Positions 10,315 to 20,957 are shown, counted from the first letter of the stretch. The stretch: 64,000 nt of DNA from an uncultured Candidatus Binatia bacterium (GCA_965213675.1 OZ243916.1:416001-480000); one strand, 5' to 3'. Numbers and translations: made by a program. Notes: generated by a model from the sequence alone, not told the origin.

Positions 10315-10346
10315 AGGGCGGCCGGTCTTGCACGGCCGCCCTTTTT
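10315..10346 (+). terminator. Rho-independent terminator/attenuator after tctC
   Basis: 10-bp stem AGGGCGGCCG/CGGCCGCCCT followed by a T-run. Confidence 0.75.
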
Positions 10347-10423
10347 CATTCCAGGCTCCGGGGCCGCGCGGTTCCGGGCCGGACGCGTTCCAGGCGGTGC
10401 GCCGAAGTTGGGAGGACCGCGGG

Positions 10424-12412
10424 ATGATCGATGCGCTCGTTGAAGCCTTTGCGACCCTGTTGCATGCCCAGCACATGGCCTTCCTGGTGGTGGGTGTGCT
10501 GCTGGGGCTGGTGGTGGGTATCTTCCCGGGGCTCGGCGGCATCGTCGGCCTGTCGCTGCTGATCCCGTTTCTTCACGGCATGGATCCGGTGTCCGCGCTG
10601 GCCATGCTGGTGGGGCTGGTGGCCGTCATCCCCACCTCGGACACGTTCACTTCCGTGCTCATGGGCATCCCCGGTTCCAGCGCCTCACAGGCCACGGTGC
10701 TGGATGGGTTCCCGCTGGCGCGGAAGGGGGAGGCGGCGCGCGCCCTGGGGGCGGCGTTTTCGGCCTCGCTCTTCGGCGGCCTCTTCGGCGCCGTCATCCT
10801 CACGTTTTTCGTCCTCATCGCCCGCCCGGTGATTCTGTTCTTCACCACCGCGGAACTGTTCATGCTCGCGGTGCTGGGCATTTCCATGGTCGGGGTGCTG
10901 TCGGGCAATTCCATCTGGAAGGGCGTGGCCTCCTGCGGCCTGGGACTGGTGGTGGGCGCCATCGGCGGCGCCCCGGCCACGGGCGAGGAGCGGCTCGTGT
11001 TCGGCGTGGATTACCTGGCCGACGGCATTCCCCTGGTGGTGGTGGGGCTCGGCATCTTCGCGCTGCCCGAGGTGGTGGACCTGCTGCGCGGCTCCGGCGC
11101 CATCTCCCGCGCCCACGCGCTGGGGAAGGGTTGGCTCGACGGCCTGCGGGACATGATCCGCAACCGCTGGCTGTGCCTCCGCTGCGCCGGCATCGGCACG
11201 CTCATCGGCGCCATTCCCGGGCTCGGCGGCTCGGTGGTGGACTGGATTGCCTACGGCCACGTGGTTCAGACCGCGCAGGACAAGTCGCAGTTCGGCCACG
11301 GCGACATCCGCGGCGTGCTCGCGCCGGAGTCCGCCAACAACGCCAAGGAGGGCGGCGGGCTTATTCCCACGCTGCTGTTCGGCATTCCCGGCAGCGGCAG
11401 CATGGCGGTGTTCATCGGCGGCCTGGTGCTCATCGGCCTGGAGCCCAGCCCGCGGATGCTCACGGCGGAACTGTCCACCACCTACACCATCGTGTGGAGC
11501 CTGGCCCTGGCCAACGTCGTGGGCGCGGGCCTGTGCCTGTTCCTCTCGCCCGCCATCGCGCGCCTGACCACCATCCGTTACCACCTGCTGGCGCCGTTCA
11601 TGCTCATGGTGATCTCCTTCGCCGCGTTCCAGGCGAGCCGCGACATCATGGACTTCGTCGCCCTGGTCGCCATCGGCCTCCTGGGCGTGGGCATGAAGCG
11701 CTTCGGCTGGTCGCGTCCGGCCATGCTCATCGGCTTCGTGCTCGCCGATCAGGTGGAGACCTACCTCTACCAAGCCATTCAGTTCCACGAGTGGGGCATG
11801 GCCACCCGTCCCGGCGTGTTGATCATCGGGGCCATCATCGTCGTTTCCATCTGGCTCGGCGCGCGCAACCGGCCCGACGGCGAACCCGATCCCGGCGCGC
11901 CGCAACGGCACGCGCGCGACATGACACCGCAGCTTCTTTTCGCCGGCTTCGCCGTGGCGGTCTTCGTCATCGCACTCGCGGATTCGCTGCGGCATACGCT
12001 CTTGGCGGCGGTATTCCCGGTCAGCGTGGCCGCGGTGATGCTGGTGGCCGGCCTGTGCGTGTTTCACGGTATCTGGCGCAGCGCGGGCGCCCCCACGGCG
12101 TACAACGAAGACGCGGAACGCCCGGGCGTCGAGGGCCACGAAACACCCGAACGAGGCATCTGGTACTACCTCAACTGGCTGCTCGCGCTGCTCGGGACAA
12201 CCGCCCTCGCCGGGTTCTTCATCGCGTTGAACCTGTTCTTCCTGGCGTTCCTGCGGCGGGAAGCCGGGGTGCGCTGGTCTCGCGCCGTGGTGCTCACCAT
12301 CATGGCGGACCTCGTGCTGCTGTTCCTGTCGTGGCTCATGACCCTGGATCTCCCGGAGGGCCTGCTGCAGCGCCGCGTTCCCGACCTGCCCTGGCCGCTG
12401 GGTCCGATCTAG
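10424..12412 (+). CDS. tctA: TTT large permease TctA with C-terminal TctB-like fusion
   Basis: GIFPGLGG, GIPG, DGFPLARKGEA, PESANNA motifs. About 150 extra C-terminal residues ending LDLPEGLL, a TctB-like end. Confidence 0.9.
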   Translation: MIDALVEAFATLLHAQHMAFLVVGVLLGLVVGIFPGLGGIVGLSLLIPFLHGMDPVSALAMLVGLVAVIPTSDTFTSVLMGIPGSSASQATVLDGFPLARKGEAARALGAAFSASLFGGLFGAVILTFFVLIARPVILFFTTAELFMLAVLGISMVGVLSGNSIWKGVASCGLGLVVGAIGGAPATGEERLVFGVDYLADGIPLVVVGLGIFALPEVVDLLRGSGAISRAHALGKGWLDGLRDMIRNRWLCLRCAGIGTLIGAIPGLGGSVVDWIAYGHVVQTAQDKSQFGHGDIRGVLAPESANNAKEGGGLIPTLLFGIPGSGSMAVFIGGLVLIGLEPSPRMLTAELSTTYTIVWSLALANVVGAGLCLFLSPAIARLTTIRYHLLAPFMLMVISFAAFQASRDIMDFVALVAIGLLGVGMKRFGWSRPAMLIGFVLADQVETYLYQAIQFHEWGMATRPGVLIIGAIIVVSIWLGARNRPDGEPDPGAPQRHARDMTPQLLFAGFAVAVFVIALADSLRHTLLAAVFPVSVAAVMLVAGLCVFHGIWRSAGAPTAYNEDAERPGVEGHETPERGIWYYLNWLLALLGTTALAGFFIALNLFFLAFLRREAGVRWSRAVVLTIMADLVLLFLSWLMTLDLPEGLLQRRVPDLPWPLGPI

Positions 12413-12525
12413 TGTGGTCGCGCTTCCCGGGGCACGGGTGCTTGGGCGGCGCTCGAATCGTGTTATCATTTGCCATGCCGCCTTTCAGCGCCGGTGGTGC
12501 GGGGCGGTCTGCGCACAGGTGATCC

Positions 12526-13881
12526 ATGGCCGGATTTCTCAAGAAGCTGCTTTTCTGGGTACCCGTTGGCATTGGCGTGCTCGCGGTGGTGTACGCGTTG
12601 GGTTCGCGGGAAGCGCCGCCGCGCATCGAGGCCGAGGAACGGACGACGGCCGTGCGCGTGGTGGAGGCCGTTTCCCTGCGGGTGGTGCCGCGGGCCGTGG
12701 GGCACGGCAGCGTCAAGCCGGCCAAGGTGTGGGAAGCCGTGGCCGAGGTGAGCGGCACGGTGGTCTATCGGCATCCGGAGTTGCAGCGCGGGGCGATACT
12801 CGCCGCTGGAACGAAGCTTCTGCGCATCGACCCCACGGACTACCGTCACGCCGCCGCGGAAATCGAAGCCAACATTCGCGCCGCGGATTCCCAGCTTGCC
12901 TTGCTGGACGTGCGCGCGGTGAATGCGAAACGTTCGCTGGCCATCGAGGAGCGGAACCTGGCGTTGGCGCGCAAACAGTTCGAGCGCACGCGAGAGTTGC
13001 TGCGCCGGGGCGCGGTGTCGCGTTCCGACGCGGACCGCGAGGAGCGTTCGGTGCTCGCCAGCGAGCAGGCGGTACAGAACCTGCGCAACTCCGTGCGGCT
13101 GCTTCCGGCGGAACGCGCGGCGCAGAAGGCGCAGCGCGACCGGCTCCAGTCCCAGTTGGAGACGGCCAAGCGCAACCTGAGCCGCACCACCGTGGTGGCC
13201 CCGTTTACGTGCCGCATCGCCGCGGTGAACGTCGAGATGAGTCAGTTTGCCGCCAAGGGGCAGGTGCTGGTGGAGGCGGACGGCCTCGACGTGGCCGAAG
13301 TCATCGCCCAGGTGCCCATGAGCCGCGTGCTGGCGTTGTCGCAGTCGCGCGTCGAGCGGGAGCCGGCATTGGGCGGCGGCATTCCGCGGTTGCGCGAGCA
13401 AGTCCGGGCCGTGGTGCGCCTGCGCTCAAGGGATGTCGCCGTCCAGTGGCCCGCGCGCTTCTCACGGATGAGCGACACGGTGGATCCGCGTACCCGTACG
13501 GTGGGGATCATCGTCGCGGTGGACCAGCCCTACGGGCAGTCCCAGGAGGGCCCCCGGCCGCCGCTGGTGAAGAACATGTACGTGGAGGTGGAACTTCGCG
13601 GGGAGCCCCGGCCCGACGCGGTGGTGATTCCGCGCGCGGCCCTGCGGGGTAGCCAGGTCTACGTCGCAGGGCGGGCGAACCGGCTGGAGTTCCGCGCGGT
13701 GGAAGTGAGCTTCACCCAGGCCGATTTCGTGGTCCTCCGGTCAGGACTCCAAACCGGCGAGCGCGTGGTGATCTCCGACCTGCCCTTTGCCGCCGAGGGC
13801 ATGCTTCTGCGCCCGGAACCGGATCCGGTGGTGTCGGCCAACCTGGTGGCGGAGGCCACGGGCGTGGCCCCCGTCCGGTAA
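12526..13881 (+). CDS. RND efflux membrane fusion protein (periplasmic adaptor)
   Basis: N-terminal TM anchor, AEVSGTV, LLRIDPTDY, coiled coil, VAPFTCRI, VDPRTRT, GLQTGERVV. Confidence 0.9.
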   Translation: MAGFLKKLLFWVPVGIGVLAVVYALGSREAPPRIEAEERTTAVRVVEAVSLRVVPRAVGHGSVKPAKVWEAVAEVSGTVVYRHPELQRGAILAAGTKLLRIDPTDYRHAAAEIEANIRAADSQLALLDVRAVNAKRSLAIEERNLALARKQFERTRELLRRGAVSRSDADREERSVLASEQAVQNLRNSVRLLPAERAAQKAQRDRLQSQLETAKRNLSRTTVVAPFTCRIAAVNVEMSQFAAKGQVLVEADGLDVAEVIAQVPMSRVLALSQSRVEREPALGGGIPRLREQVRAVVRLRSRDVAVQWPARFSRMSDTVDPRTRTVGIIVAVDQPYGQSQEGPRPPLVKNMYVEVELRGEPRPDAVVIPRAALRGSQVYVAGRANRLEFRAVEVSFTQADFVVLRSGLQTGERVVISDLPFAAEGMLLRPEPDPVVSANLVAEATGVAPVR

Positions 13882-13888
13882 CGATCCC

Positions 13889-16800
13889 ATGATCCGTTTC
13901 TTCGCCGGCCATCCCACGGCGGCCAACCTGCTCATGATCGGGTTCATCCTGCTGGGACTCGTTTTCGCGGGAACGGTCAAGCGCGAGACTTTTCCCGACA
14001 TCGCGTCCGATTCCGTGCGCGTGCAGATGCCTTGGCCCGGGGCTTCGTCCGCGGACGTGGAGCAGGGCATCTGCCTCAAGCTGGAGACCGCCGCGGACAG
14101 CGTGGATCAACGGGAGGAAACCCGTTGCGAGGCACGGGAAGGGTTGGCGGTGGCCACCCTGGTGATGCGCCAGGGCGGCGATCTCGAACGTTTCCTGGAA
14201 GACGTCAAGAACGAGGTGGACGGCATCCGCGACTTCCCCGCGGATGCCGAGGCCCCGGTGGTGCGCGAACTGGGGCGCGTGGACCTGGTGGCGTCCATTG
14301 CCGTGGCCGGGCCGTTGACGCCGGCCGGACTGAAGGCCTACGCGGAACGCATGAAGGATGATCTCCTGGCGATTCCGGGCGTGGCCAATGTGGACATCCA
14401 GGGCTTTTCCCAGCGCCAGATCCGGATCGAGGTCCCGGCGTCGACCATGCGTCAATTCGGTCTCAGCCTGCGCGACCTCGCCAACGCCGTGGAACGCCAG
14501 AACGTGACGCTGCCGGCAGGGTCGGTGCAAGCCCGGGACTCGACGGTGCTGATCCGCTTTGATGACGAACGGCGCACGCCGCGCACCTTCGAGGACTTGG
14601 TGGTGGTGGCCTCGGCCAGCGGCGCCGTGATCCGCCTGGGAGACATCGCCGCCATCACCGACCGCTTCGAACACGCCGAGGAGAAGAACCTTTTCAACGG
14701 CCGCCGCGCGGCCTGGCTCACGGTGGAGAAGGGCCGCTCCGATGACACCCTGAGGGTCATCGATGCCGTCCGAGCGTATCTCGACGAGCAACGGGCGCTG
14801 GCGCCGCCGAACATGGTGTTCGATATCACCCGCGACGTATCGTCCATTGTGCGCGACCGCCTGAACATGCTGTTGGCCAACGGCGGGCAGGGCCTGGTGC
14901 TGGTGTTTCTGGTCATGTGGTTGTTCTTCGGCCTGCGTTACTCCTTCTGGCTGGCCGCGGGGCTTCCGGTGGCGTTCATGGGCACCATCGCCGGCATGGC
15001 GGCCATCGGCTACTCCTTCGACATGATCACCATGGTGGCTCTTCTCATCGCCCTCGGCCTGATGATGGACGACGCCATCGTCATCGCGGAGAACATCGCG
15101 CGCCACCGTGCCGCCGGAAGCTCGGTGGTGGACGCGGCGGTGGAAGGGACGCGGGAGGTGGCCCCGGGAGTGCTGGCGTCTTTCCTCACCACCATCGGCG
15201 TCTTCGGCGCCCTTGCCTTCCTGCAAGGGAACATCGGCGCGGTCATGGCCGTTCTGCCGGTGGTGTTGATCCTGACGCTGGCCTTCAGCCTGGTGGAGGC
15301 GTTCCTGATCCTGCCGCACCACCTGCTGAGGTCGTTGCGCGCCACGCGCCACACGTCGCCTCCCAGGTTGCGGGTGCTGTTCGACGCGGGTCTGGCGCGC
15401 TTCACCGAAGGGTTTGTGGGGCGGCTGGTGGATGCGGCCGTATCCTGGCGTTACCTCACAGTGGGTTTGATTACGGGTCTGTTCCTCTTGTCCGTGGCCG
15501 CCATGGCCGGGGGTGTGGTCAAGTTCAGGACCTTTCCCGATGTCGAGGGCAACGTGGTCGAGGCCAGCCTGCTCCTCTATCCCGGGACGCCGCTGGCCCG
15601 GACCGAGGCGGTGGTGGAGCGGGTGGTGGCGGCCGTCCGGGCTGTGGACGAAGCCTACGCGGCCGAGCGACCGGACGGCCGCCGCATGGTGCGGAATATC
15701 GGAGTTCAGTTCAGCCGCAACCGGGCGGCCAATGAGACAGGCGAGCACCTGGCCACCGTCCTGGTCGATCTGGTGGGTCCGGATGCCCGCTACGCATCGC
15801 TGGACGAGATCATGAGCCGATGGCGCGCGCGCGTGGGCACACCGCCGGATGTCATCGCGCTGACCTTCGGCGAACCGCAGTTGGGGCCTGCGGGCAGGCC
15901 CATCGACATCCGGTTGGTGGGCGAGGACATGAAGTCGTTGAAGGCCGCCGCCCTGGAACTGCGCGAGTGGCTGGGCGGGTATCGCGGCGTGTTCGATCTG
16001 ACCGATGATCTGCGTCTGGGCAAGCCGGAGCTGCGCGTGCGCCTGCGCGAAGGCGCTCTGGCACTGGGAGTGAGCGCATCCGACGTTGCCGGGCAACTGC
16101 GGGCGGCGTTTCAGGGGCGCCGGGCGGGCGAGTTCCAGGTGGGGTCGGAGGACTACGAGGTGGACGTCCGCCTGTACCAGCGGGACCGGGACAGTCTCGC
16201 CGACCTCGCTCGCTTCACCGTGACCGTGCCCACCGGCGAGCAAGTGCCGCTGTACACCGTGGCTACGCTGATCTCCGAGCGCGGTTACAGCCGCATCCAT
16301 CGCGTGAACGGGCGCCGCGCCGTAACCGTCCGCGGCGACCTGGATTCGGACCAGGCCAACGCCGCGGAAATCATCGCCGATACCCAATCCCGTTTCTGGC
16401 CCGGCCTGCAGGCGCGCTATCCTGACATCCGCATGGAGTTGGAGGGGCAGGCCCGCGAATCGGCCGAGACCGGGGCGTCCCTCGGGCGTAACTTCCTGGT
16501 GGGGCTGGCCGCCATCTTTCTTCTCCTGAGCTTCCAGTTCCGCGGCTACGTCGAGCCCCTGGTCATCATGGCTTCCATTCCCGTGGGCCTCGTGGGCGTG
16601 GTCCTCGGGCACCTCGCCATGGGTCTGGAACTTTCCATGCCCAGTCTCGTGGGCTTTGTTTCCCTTGCCGGCGTCGTGGTCAACAACGCCATCGTGCTCG
16701 TGGTCTTCATCAAGACACGCCGCGCCAGCGGCGAGACCGCGGAAGCCGCGGCGCGCGGCGCGGCCCGGGACCGGTTCCGCGCCGTCCTGCTGACGTCGCT

Positions 16801-17038
16801 CACCACGGTGGCGGGGGTGCTGCCGTTGTTGCTGGAGACCAGCCTCCAGGCCCAGGTGCTGGTGCCGCTGGTCACCAGCCTGGCCTTCGGTCTCGGCGCG
16901 GCCACGTTCCAGGTGTTGTTTCTCGTGCCGGCGCTGTACTGCGTCGTGGACGACTACGGCGGCACCGTGGCGGTGGAGACCGACCTGGAGACGGAGGCGG
17001 CGCGGGTGACGCAGGCGCCCACCGCCGCAAACCCGTGA
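13889..17038 (+). CDS. RND efflux permease (AcrB/AcrD/AcrF family)
   Basis: About 1049 aa; MDDAIVIAENI, GVVVNNAIVLV, RFRAVLLTSLTT. Confidence 0.95.
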   Translation: MIRFFAGHPTAANLLMIGFILLGLVFAGTVKRETFPDIASDSVRVQMPWPGASSADVEQGICLKLETAADSVDQREETRCEAREGLAVATLVMRQGGDLERFLEDVKNEVDGIRDFPADAEAPVVRELGRVDLVASIAVAGPLTPAGLKAYAERMKDDLLAIPGVANVDIQGFSQRQIRIEVPASTMRQFGLSLRDLANAVERQNVTLPAGSVQARDSTVLIRFDDERRTPRTFEDLVVVASASGAVIRLGDIAAITDRFEHAEEKNLFNGRRAAWLTVEKGRSDDTLRVIDAVRAYLDEQRALAPPNMVFDITRDVSSIVRDRLNMLLANGGQGLVLVFLVMWLFFGLRYSFWLAAGLPVAFMGTIAGMAAIGYSFDMITMVALLIALGLMMDDAIVIAENIARHRAAGSSVVDAAVEGTREVAPGVLASFLTTIGVFGALAFLQGNIGAVMAVLPVVLILTLAFSLVEAFLILPHHLLRSLRATRHTSPPRLRVLFDAGLARFTEGFVGRLVDAAVSWRYLTVGLITGLFLLSVAAMAGGVVKFRTFPDVEGNVVEASLLLYPGTPLARTEAVVERVVAAVRAVDEAYAAERPDGRRMVRNIGVQFSRNRAANETGEHLATVLVDLVGPDARYASLDEIMSRWRARVGTPPDVIALTFGEPQLGPAGRPIDIRLVGEDMKSLKAAALELREWLGGYRGVFDLTDDLRLGKPELRVRLREGALALGVSASDVAGQLRAAFQGRRAGEFQVGSEDYEVDVRLYQRDRDSLADLARFTVTVPTGEQVPLYTVATLISERGYSRIHRVNGRRAVTVRGDLDSDQANAAEIIADTQSRFWPGLQARYPDIRMELEGQARESAETGASLGRNFLVGLAAIFLLLSFQFRGYVEPLVIMASIPVGLVGVVLGHLAMGLELSMPSLVGFVSLAGVVVNNAIVLVVFIKTRRASGETAEAAARGAARDRFRAVLLTSLTTVAGVLPLLLETSLQAQVLVPLVTSLAFGLGAATFQVLFLVPALYCVVDDYGGTVAVETDLETEAARVTQAPTAANP

Positions 17039-17166
17039 CCGGCCGCAAACCGTAACCGGACGTTTTCCGTAGAGGCGGCCGGTCGCCCGTGCCTGGAAAC
17101 TACTGGGAGGAAGGGAAACAGGTCCGCCGGAGTTGCAGTACGGGCGCGAAACGCTATTCTGGATTC

Positions 17167-17535
17167 ATGACAAACCGTGACCGCATGATCGGAACCTGGC
17201 GCCTGTACGCGTTTCGCTTCACCGACGGCGACGGCAACCCGGGTTCGACTGACGAGGCTCCGGTGGCGGGGCGGATGGAGTACACCGCCGACGGCCACAT
17301 GGCCACGGCCACGCGCCGCCCCGACGGCACCTGGTTCAGCTACTTCGGGGAGTTCGAGCTTCAGGGCGACATGGTGCTGCACCACATCGAATTGGCCTAT
17401 AATCCCGGGCTCGACGGCGCGACCACGCGGCGGGAAGTATCCTTTGAGGGTGAACGCCTCGTGTTGACCGCGGCGCCGCCGGTCATGGGCGGACCCGGCA
17501 GCCGCGCGTCGCTTGTCTGGGAAAGGATTTCGTGA
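17167..17535 (+). CDS. Lipocalin-like domain protein
   Basis: IGTWRL..., GRMEYTADGHM, SYFGEF, LVWERI pattern. Confidence 0.75.
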   Translation: MTNRDRMIGTWRLYAFRFTDGDGNPGSTDEAPVAGRMEYTADGHMATATRRPDGTWFSYFGEFELQGDMVLHHIELAYNPGLDGATTRREVSFEGERLVLTAAPPVMGGPGSRASLVWERIS

Positions 17536-18635
17536 CCATGTCGCGACAAACTGCGATCCCCTGCACGATGATGCGCGGCGGCACCTCGCGCGGGCCGTAC
17601 TTCCTGGCCGGCGACCTGCCCGCGGATGAGGCCACGCGCGATCAGGTGCTGCTGGCGGCCATGGGGTCGCCCGACTCGCGCCAGATTGACGGTGTGGGCG
17701 GAGCCACCACGCTTACCAGCAAGGTTGCCATCGTGTCCCCGTCGAACCACGCCTGGGCGGAGGTGGACTACCTTTTCGCGCAGGTGTCCGTGGACAAGGC
17801 GTTCGTGGACTACAGCCCCACCTGCGGCAACATGCTGGCGGGAATCGGTCCCTTCGCCATCGAGCACGGGCTCGTGCCATCGGACGACCCCCGGACGCGG
17901 GTGAACATTCGCAACGTCAACACCGACGCGCTCATCGAGGCGGTGGTGGAGACCCCCGAAGGAGACGTGGAGTACGACGGCGACACCGCCATTGACGGGG
18001 TCCCCGGAACTGCGGCGCCGGTACTGCTCAACTTCATGGATGTCATCGGCTCCAAGACCGGGGCGCTTTTTCCCACCGGTCAGCGGCGGGAGATCATCGA
18101 AGGCGTGGAGGTGAGTTGCGTGGACGTGGCCATGCCCATGGTGCTGGCCACGGCCGAGAGCATGGGAATTCAGGGTGACGAGGGCAAGGCCGAACTGGAC
18201 GCCCACCGGGCGCTCCTGGAGAAGCTGGAAGCCGTTCGCGTTGTGGCCGGCGAACGGATGGGGCTGGGAGACGTGCGTGGCAAGGTCATTCCCAAGTTCG
18301 GCATCCTCTCGCGGCCGCGCCGCGGCGGCGCGCTGACCTCGCGTTACTTCGTGCCCACGGACTGCCACGCGGCCCACGCCGTATCCGGCGCCATCTGCGT
18401 CGGAAGCTGCGCCCTGGTGCCCGGCACCGTTGCCGACGGCATTGCCGAAACCGGCGGCGGTTTCTCCGAGCAGGTGGAGATCGAGCACCCCAGCGGCTCC
18501 ATCACCGTGGCCTTCGAACTGAGCGGCGCCGGCGACAACTTCGCGTTGGCCAAGGCCGGCGTGATGCGAACCACCCGGAAGCTCTTCCAGGGGCAGATAT
18601 ATGTACCCGGGAGGGTGTGGCGCCCGCGCAACTGA
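17532..18635 (+). CDS. PrpF/4-oxalomesaconate tautomerase family isomerase
   Basis: MRGGTSRG, GSPDSRQIDGVGG, TSKVAIV, CGNML, HPSG, MRTTRKLFQG. Start may be ATG 17538. Confidence 0.93.
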   Translation: MTMSRQTAIPCTMMRGGTSRGPYFLAGDLPADEATRDQVLLAAMGSPDSRQIDGVGGATTLTSKVAIVSPSNHAWAEVDYLFAQVSVDKAFVDYSPTCGNMLAGIGPFAIEHGLVPSDDPRTRVNIRNVNTDALIEAVVETPEGDVEYDGDTAIDGVPGTAAPVLLNFMDVIGSKTGALFPTGQRREIIEGVEVSCVDVAMPMVLATAESMGIQGDEGKAELDAHRALLEKLEAVRVVAGERMGLGDVRGKVIPKFGILSRPRRGGALTSRYFVPTDCHAAHAVSGAICVGSCALVPGTVADGIAETGGGFSEQVEIEHPSGSITVAFELSGAGDNFALAKAGVMRTTRKLFQGQIYVPGRVWRPRN

Positions 18636-18758
18636 GCCGGCCTCCGCGCCCTTGGAGGCTGGACTGTCCGTTCGCCTGGAACGCAGCGGGACACAGCCGA
18701 AGGAGATCAGAACATCGCGTGGTCCCGAAGGGGGCCGATGCGACCCTTGGGGTGCGTG

Positions 18759-19931
18759 ATGTACGTGACGTTCCTCGAATGTGCGCGTTGCGGCATGGAG
18801 CATGAGCGCGGGAAGCTGCACAACCTGTGCCGGGAATGCGCCAGCCCGCTGCTGGTGCGCTACGACCTTGAGCAAGCGGGGCGGACCCTGACGCGCGCGA
18901 GCTTGCGGGAGCGGGTGGCAAGCCTTTGGCGCTATCGCGAGGTGCTGCCGGTGACCGACGGCGCCGCGGTCACTACGTTGGGGGAGGGGTGGACGCCGCT
19001 GGTACACGCCCGGCGGTTGGGTGATCGGCTGGGTATGAGCCGGCTGCTGCTCAAGGACGAGTCCTTGAACCCCACCGGCTCCTTCAAGGCCCGCGGCATG
19101 ACCGCGGCGGTGTCCATGGCCCGGGAACTGGGGGCGAAGCGCCTGGCCGTGCCGTCGGCGGGTAATGCCTCCGGAGCGCTGGCCGCTTACGCGGCGAAGG
19201 CAGGCCTGGAGGCGCACATCTACATGCCGCAGGACGCATCGCAGGTCAGCATCGTGGAATGCCGGCAATATGGCGCGGACGTGGTGCTCGTGGACGGCTT
19301 CATCAACGACTGCGGGCGCATCATCGGGGAGAACAAGGAGCGCGAGGGCTGGTTCGAGGTATCGACCCTGAAGGAGCCCTACCGGGTCGAGGGCAAGAAG
19401 ACCATGGCCTACGAGCTGGCCGAGCAGTTGGACTGGACGCTGCCGGACGTCGTGCTATACCCCACCGGCGGCGGCACCGGGCTCATCGGCATGTGGAAGG
19501 CCTTTGACGAGATGGAGGCACTGGGCTGGATCGATTCCCGGCGCCCGCGCATGGTCTCGGTCCAGGCCGAAGGCTGCGCGCCCATCGTCGAGGCATTTCA
19601 GGCAGGGGCGGACGAGGCGCAACCGGTGACGCGACCGGACACGGTGGCCGCCGGTCTCCGGGTACCCGTGGCCATCGGCGACTTCATGCTTCTGCGCATC
19701 CTGCGGGCGAGCGGCGGCTCGGCGGTGAGCGTGTCCGACGCTGAAATTCTGGAGGACGTGCGGGAGATCGGCGCCACCGAGGGCATCTTCGTGGCGCCAG
19801 AGAGTGCGGCCTGCCTCGCGGGCCTGCGCCGGTTGCTGGAGCGCGGCGCCGTGGACCCGGACGAGCGCGTGGTGCTGATGATTACCGGGTCCGGACTCAA
19901 ATACCCGCACTTGTGGAGCGAGTCTTCTTGA
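18759..19931 (+). CDS. thrC: Threonine synthase-family PLP enzyme
   Basis: N-terminal CxxC..CxxC, LGEGWTPL, NPTGSFKARG (PLP Lys), PSAGN, EGKKT, PTGGG. Confidence 0.88.
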   Translation: MYVTFLECARCGMEHERGKLHNLCRECASPLLVRYDLEQAGRTLTRASLRERVASLWRYREVLPVTDGAAVTTLGEGWTPLVHARRLGDRLGMSRLLLKDESLNPTGSFKARGMTAAVSMARELGAKRLAVPSAGNASGALAAYAAKAGLEAHIYMPQDASQVSIVECRQYGADVVLVDGFINDCGRIIGENKEREGWFEVSTLKEPYRVEGKKTMAYELAEQLDWTLPDVVLYPTGGGTGLIGMWKAFDEMEALGWIDSRRPRMVSVQAEGCAPIVEAFQAGADEAQPVTRPDTVAAGLRVPVAIGDFMLLRILRASGGSAVSVSDAEILEDVREIGATEGIFVAPESAACLAGLRRLLERGAVDPDERVVLMITGSGLKYPHLWSESS

Positions 19932-20027
19932 AGGCTCTTGCGGGCGTCCGCGGTGACGCCCGCAAGCGTGAAATGGCGGGTTCAGACCGGCCGGTCGGAT
20001 GACTTGGACCGGGGAGAGGATGACAAC

Positions 20028-20843
20028 GTGACGTCCATCGAGAAATGGCCCGATGATGCCAAGGTGGCGGTGCTGGTGACGCCGATGTTCGAAACCTGGT
20101 CGGTGGGCAAGGCGCCGTCCTATTCGCCCATGTCCTCGCCCCTCAAGCCGGGGGTGGTGGACCGGCTCGGGGTGTCCTGGTCGGAGTATGGCGGGCGCAC
20201 GGGCGTGTGGCGCTTCATGAAGATATTCCGGGAGTTCGAGGTGCCGGCCACGGTATGCGTGAGCGGGCGCTCGGCGGAGATGTTTCCCGAAGCGGTCCGG
20301 GCGCTGCATGACAACGGGCACGAGTTGGCAGGACACTCCTACACCCAGGACACCTTCCTCACCGATCTTTCCGCGGAGGAGGAGAAGGCGGTGATCGGGC
20401 GCTGCTTCGATCTCATCGAAGCGGTGGCCGGCGTGAGGCCGGTGGGCTGGCTGAGCCCCAGGGCGACGCCCACGGAGCACACCGCGGGGTTCCTGGCGGA
20501 AGCCGGTTGCGTCTGGCACGGCGATTACAACGACACCGATGTGCCCTACCGCATCGTTACCGGCGCGGGGGACATCGTGGCCATTCCCCACAGCGACTTT
20601 GCCGACAACCGGGTGCTGCGGGGCAGTCCGCGCGATTTCCTCAACGTCTACAAGGATACCTTCGACTTCCTGTACCGGTCCGACGCACCTGAGATGATCA
20701 ACCTCACCGTCCACGCGCACTTCGGCGGTCGCCCCATGATCGCCAGCATGCTGACCGAAATCCTCCGTTACATGAAGGGCTTCTCACGGGTCTGGTTCGC
20801 GCGCCACGACGAGGTGGCGCGCTGGATGTTGAAGCAAGGGTAG
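20028..20843 (+). CDS. Polysaccharide deacetylase (PuuE/allantoinase-like CE4) family protein
   Basis: WPDDAKVAV, EYGGRTGVWR, GHELAGHSYTQ, GWLSP, VWFARHDEVA. GTG start after GAGAGGA. Confidence 0.88.
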   Translation: MTSIEKWPDDAKVAVLVTPMFETWSVGKAPSYSPMSSPLKPGVVDRLGVSWSEYGGRTGVWRFMKIFREFEVPATVCVSGRSAEMFPEAVRALHDNGHELAGHSYTQDTFLTDLSAEEEKAVIGRCFDLIEAVAGVRPVGWLSPRATPTEHTAGFLAEAGCVWHGDYNDTDVPYRIVTGAGDIVAIPHSDFADNRVLRGSPRDFLNVYKDTFDFLYRSDAPEMINLTVHAHFGGRPMIASMLTEILRYMKGFSRVWFARHDEVARWMLKQG

Positions 20844-20934
20844 GACGTCCTCTGGCTGCCCGCTTTCCCGGAAATGGCACACTCGTGGGTCCGGTTTCCC
20901 TCTCCCAGCGCGTCGGCTCCAAGCCGACATGGGA

Positions 20935-20957
20935 GATTCCCGCGGAAGGCGGGAATC
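20935..20957. repeat. REP-like palindrome between convergent genes
   Basis: GATTCCCGC-GGAAG-GCGGGAATC perfect 9-bp stem. Confidence 0.6.

Noticed and set aside
12409-12419. CTAGTGTGGTC at the tctA stop, resembling the MITE end
   Set aside because: Only about 10 nt match and no partner repeat was found.
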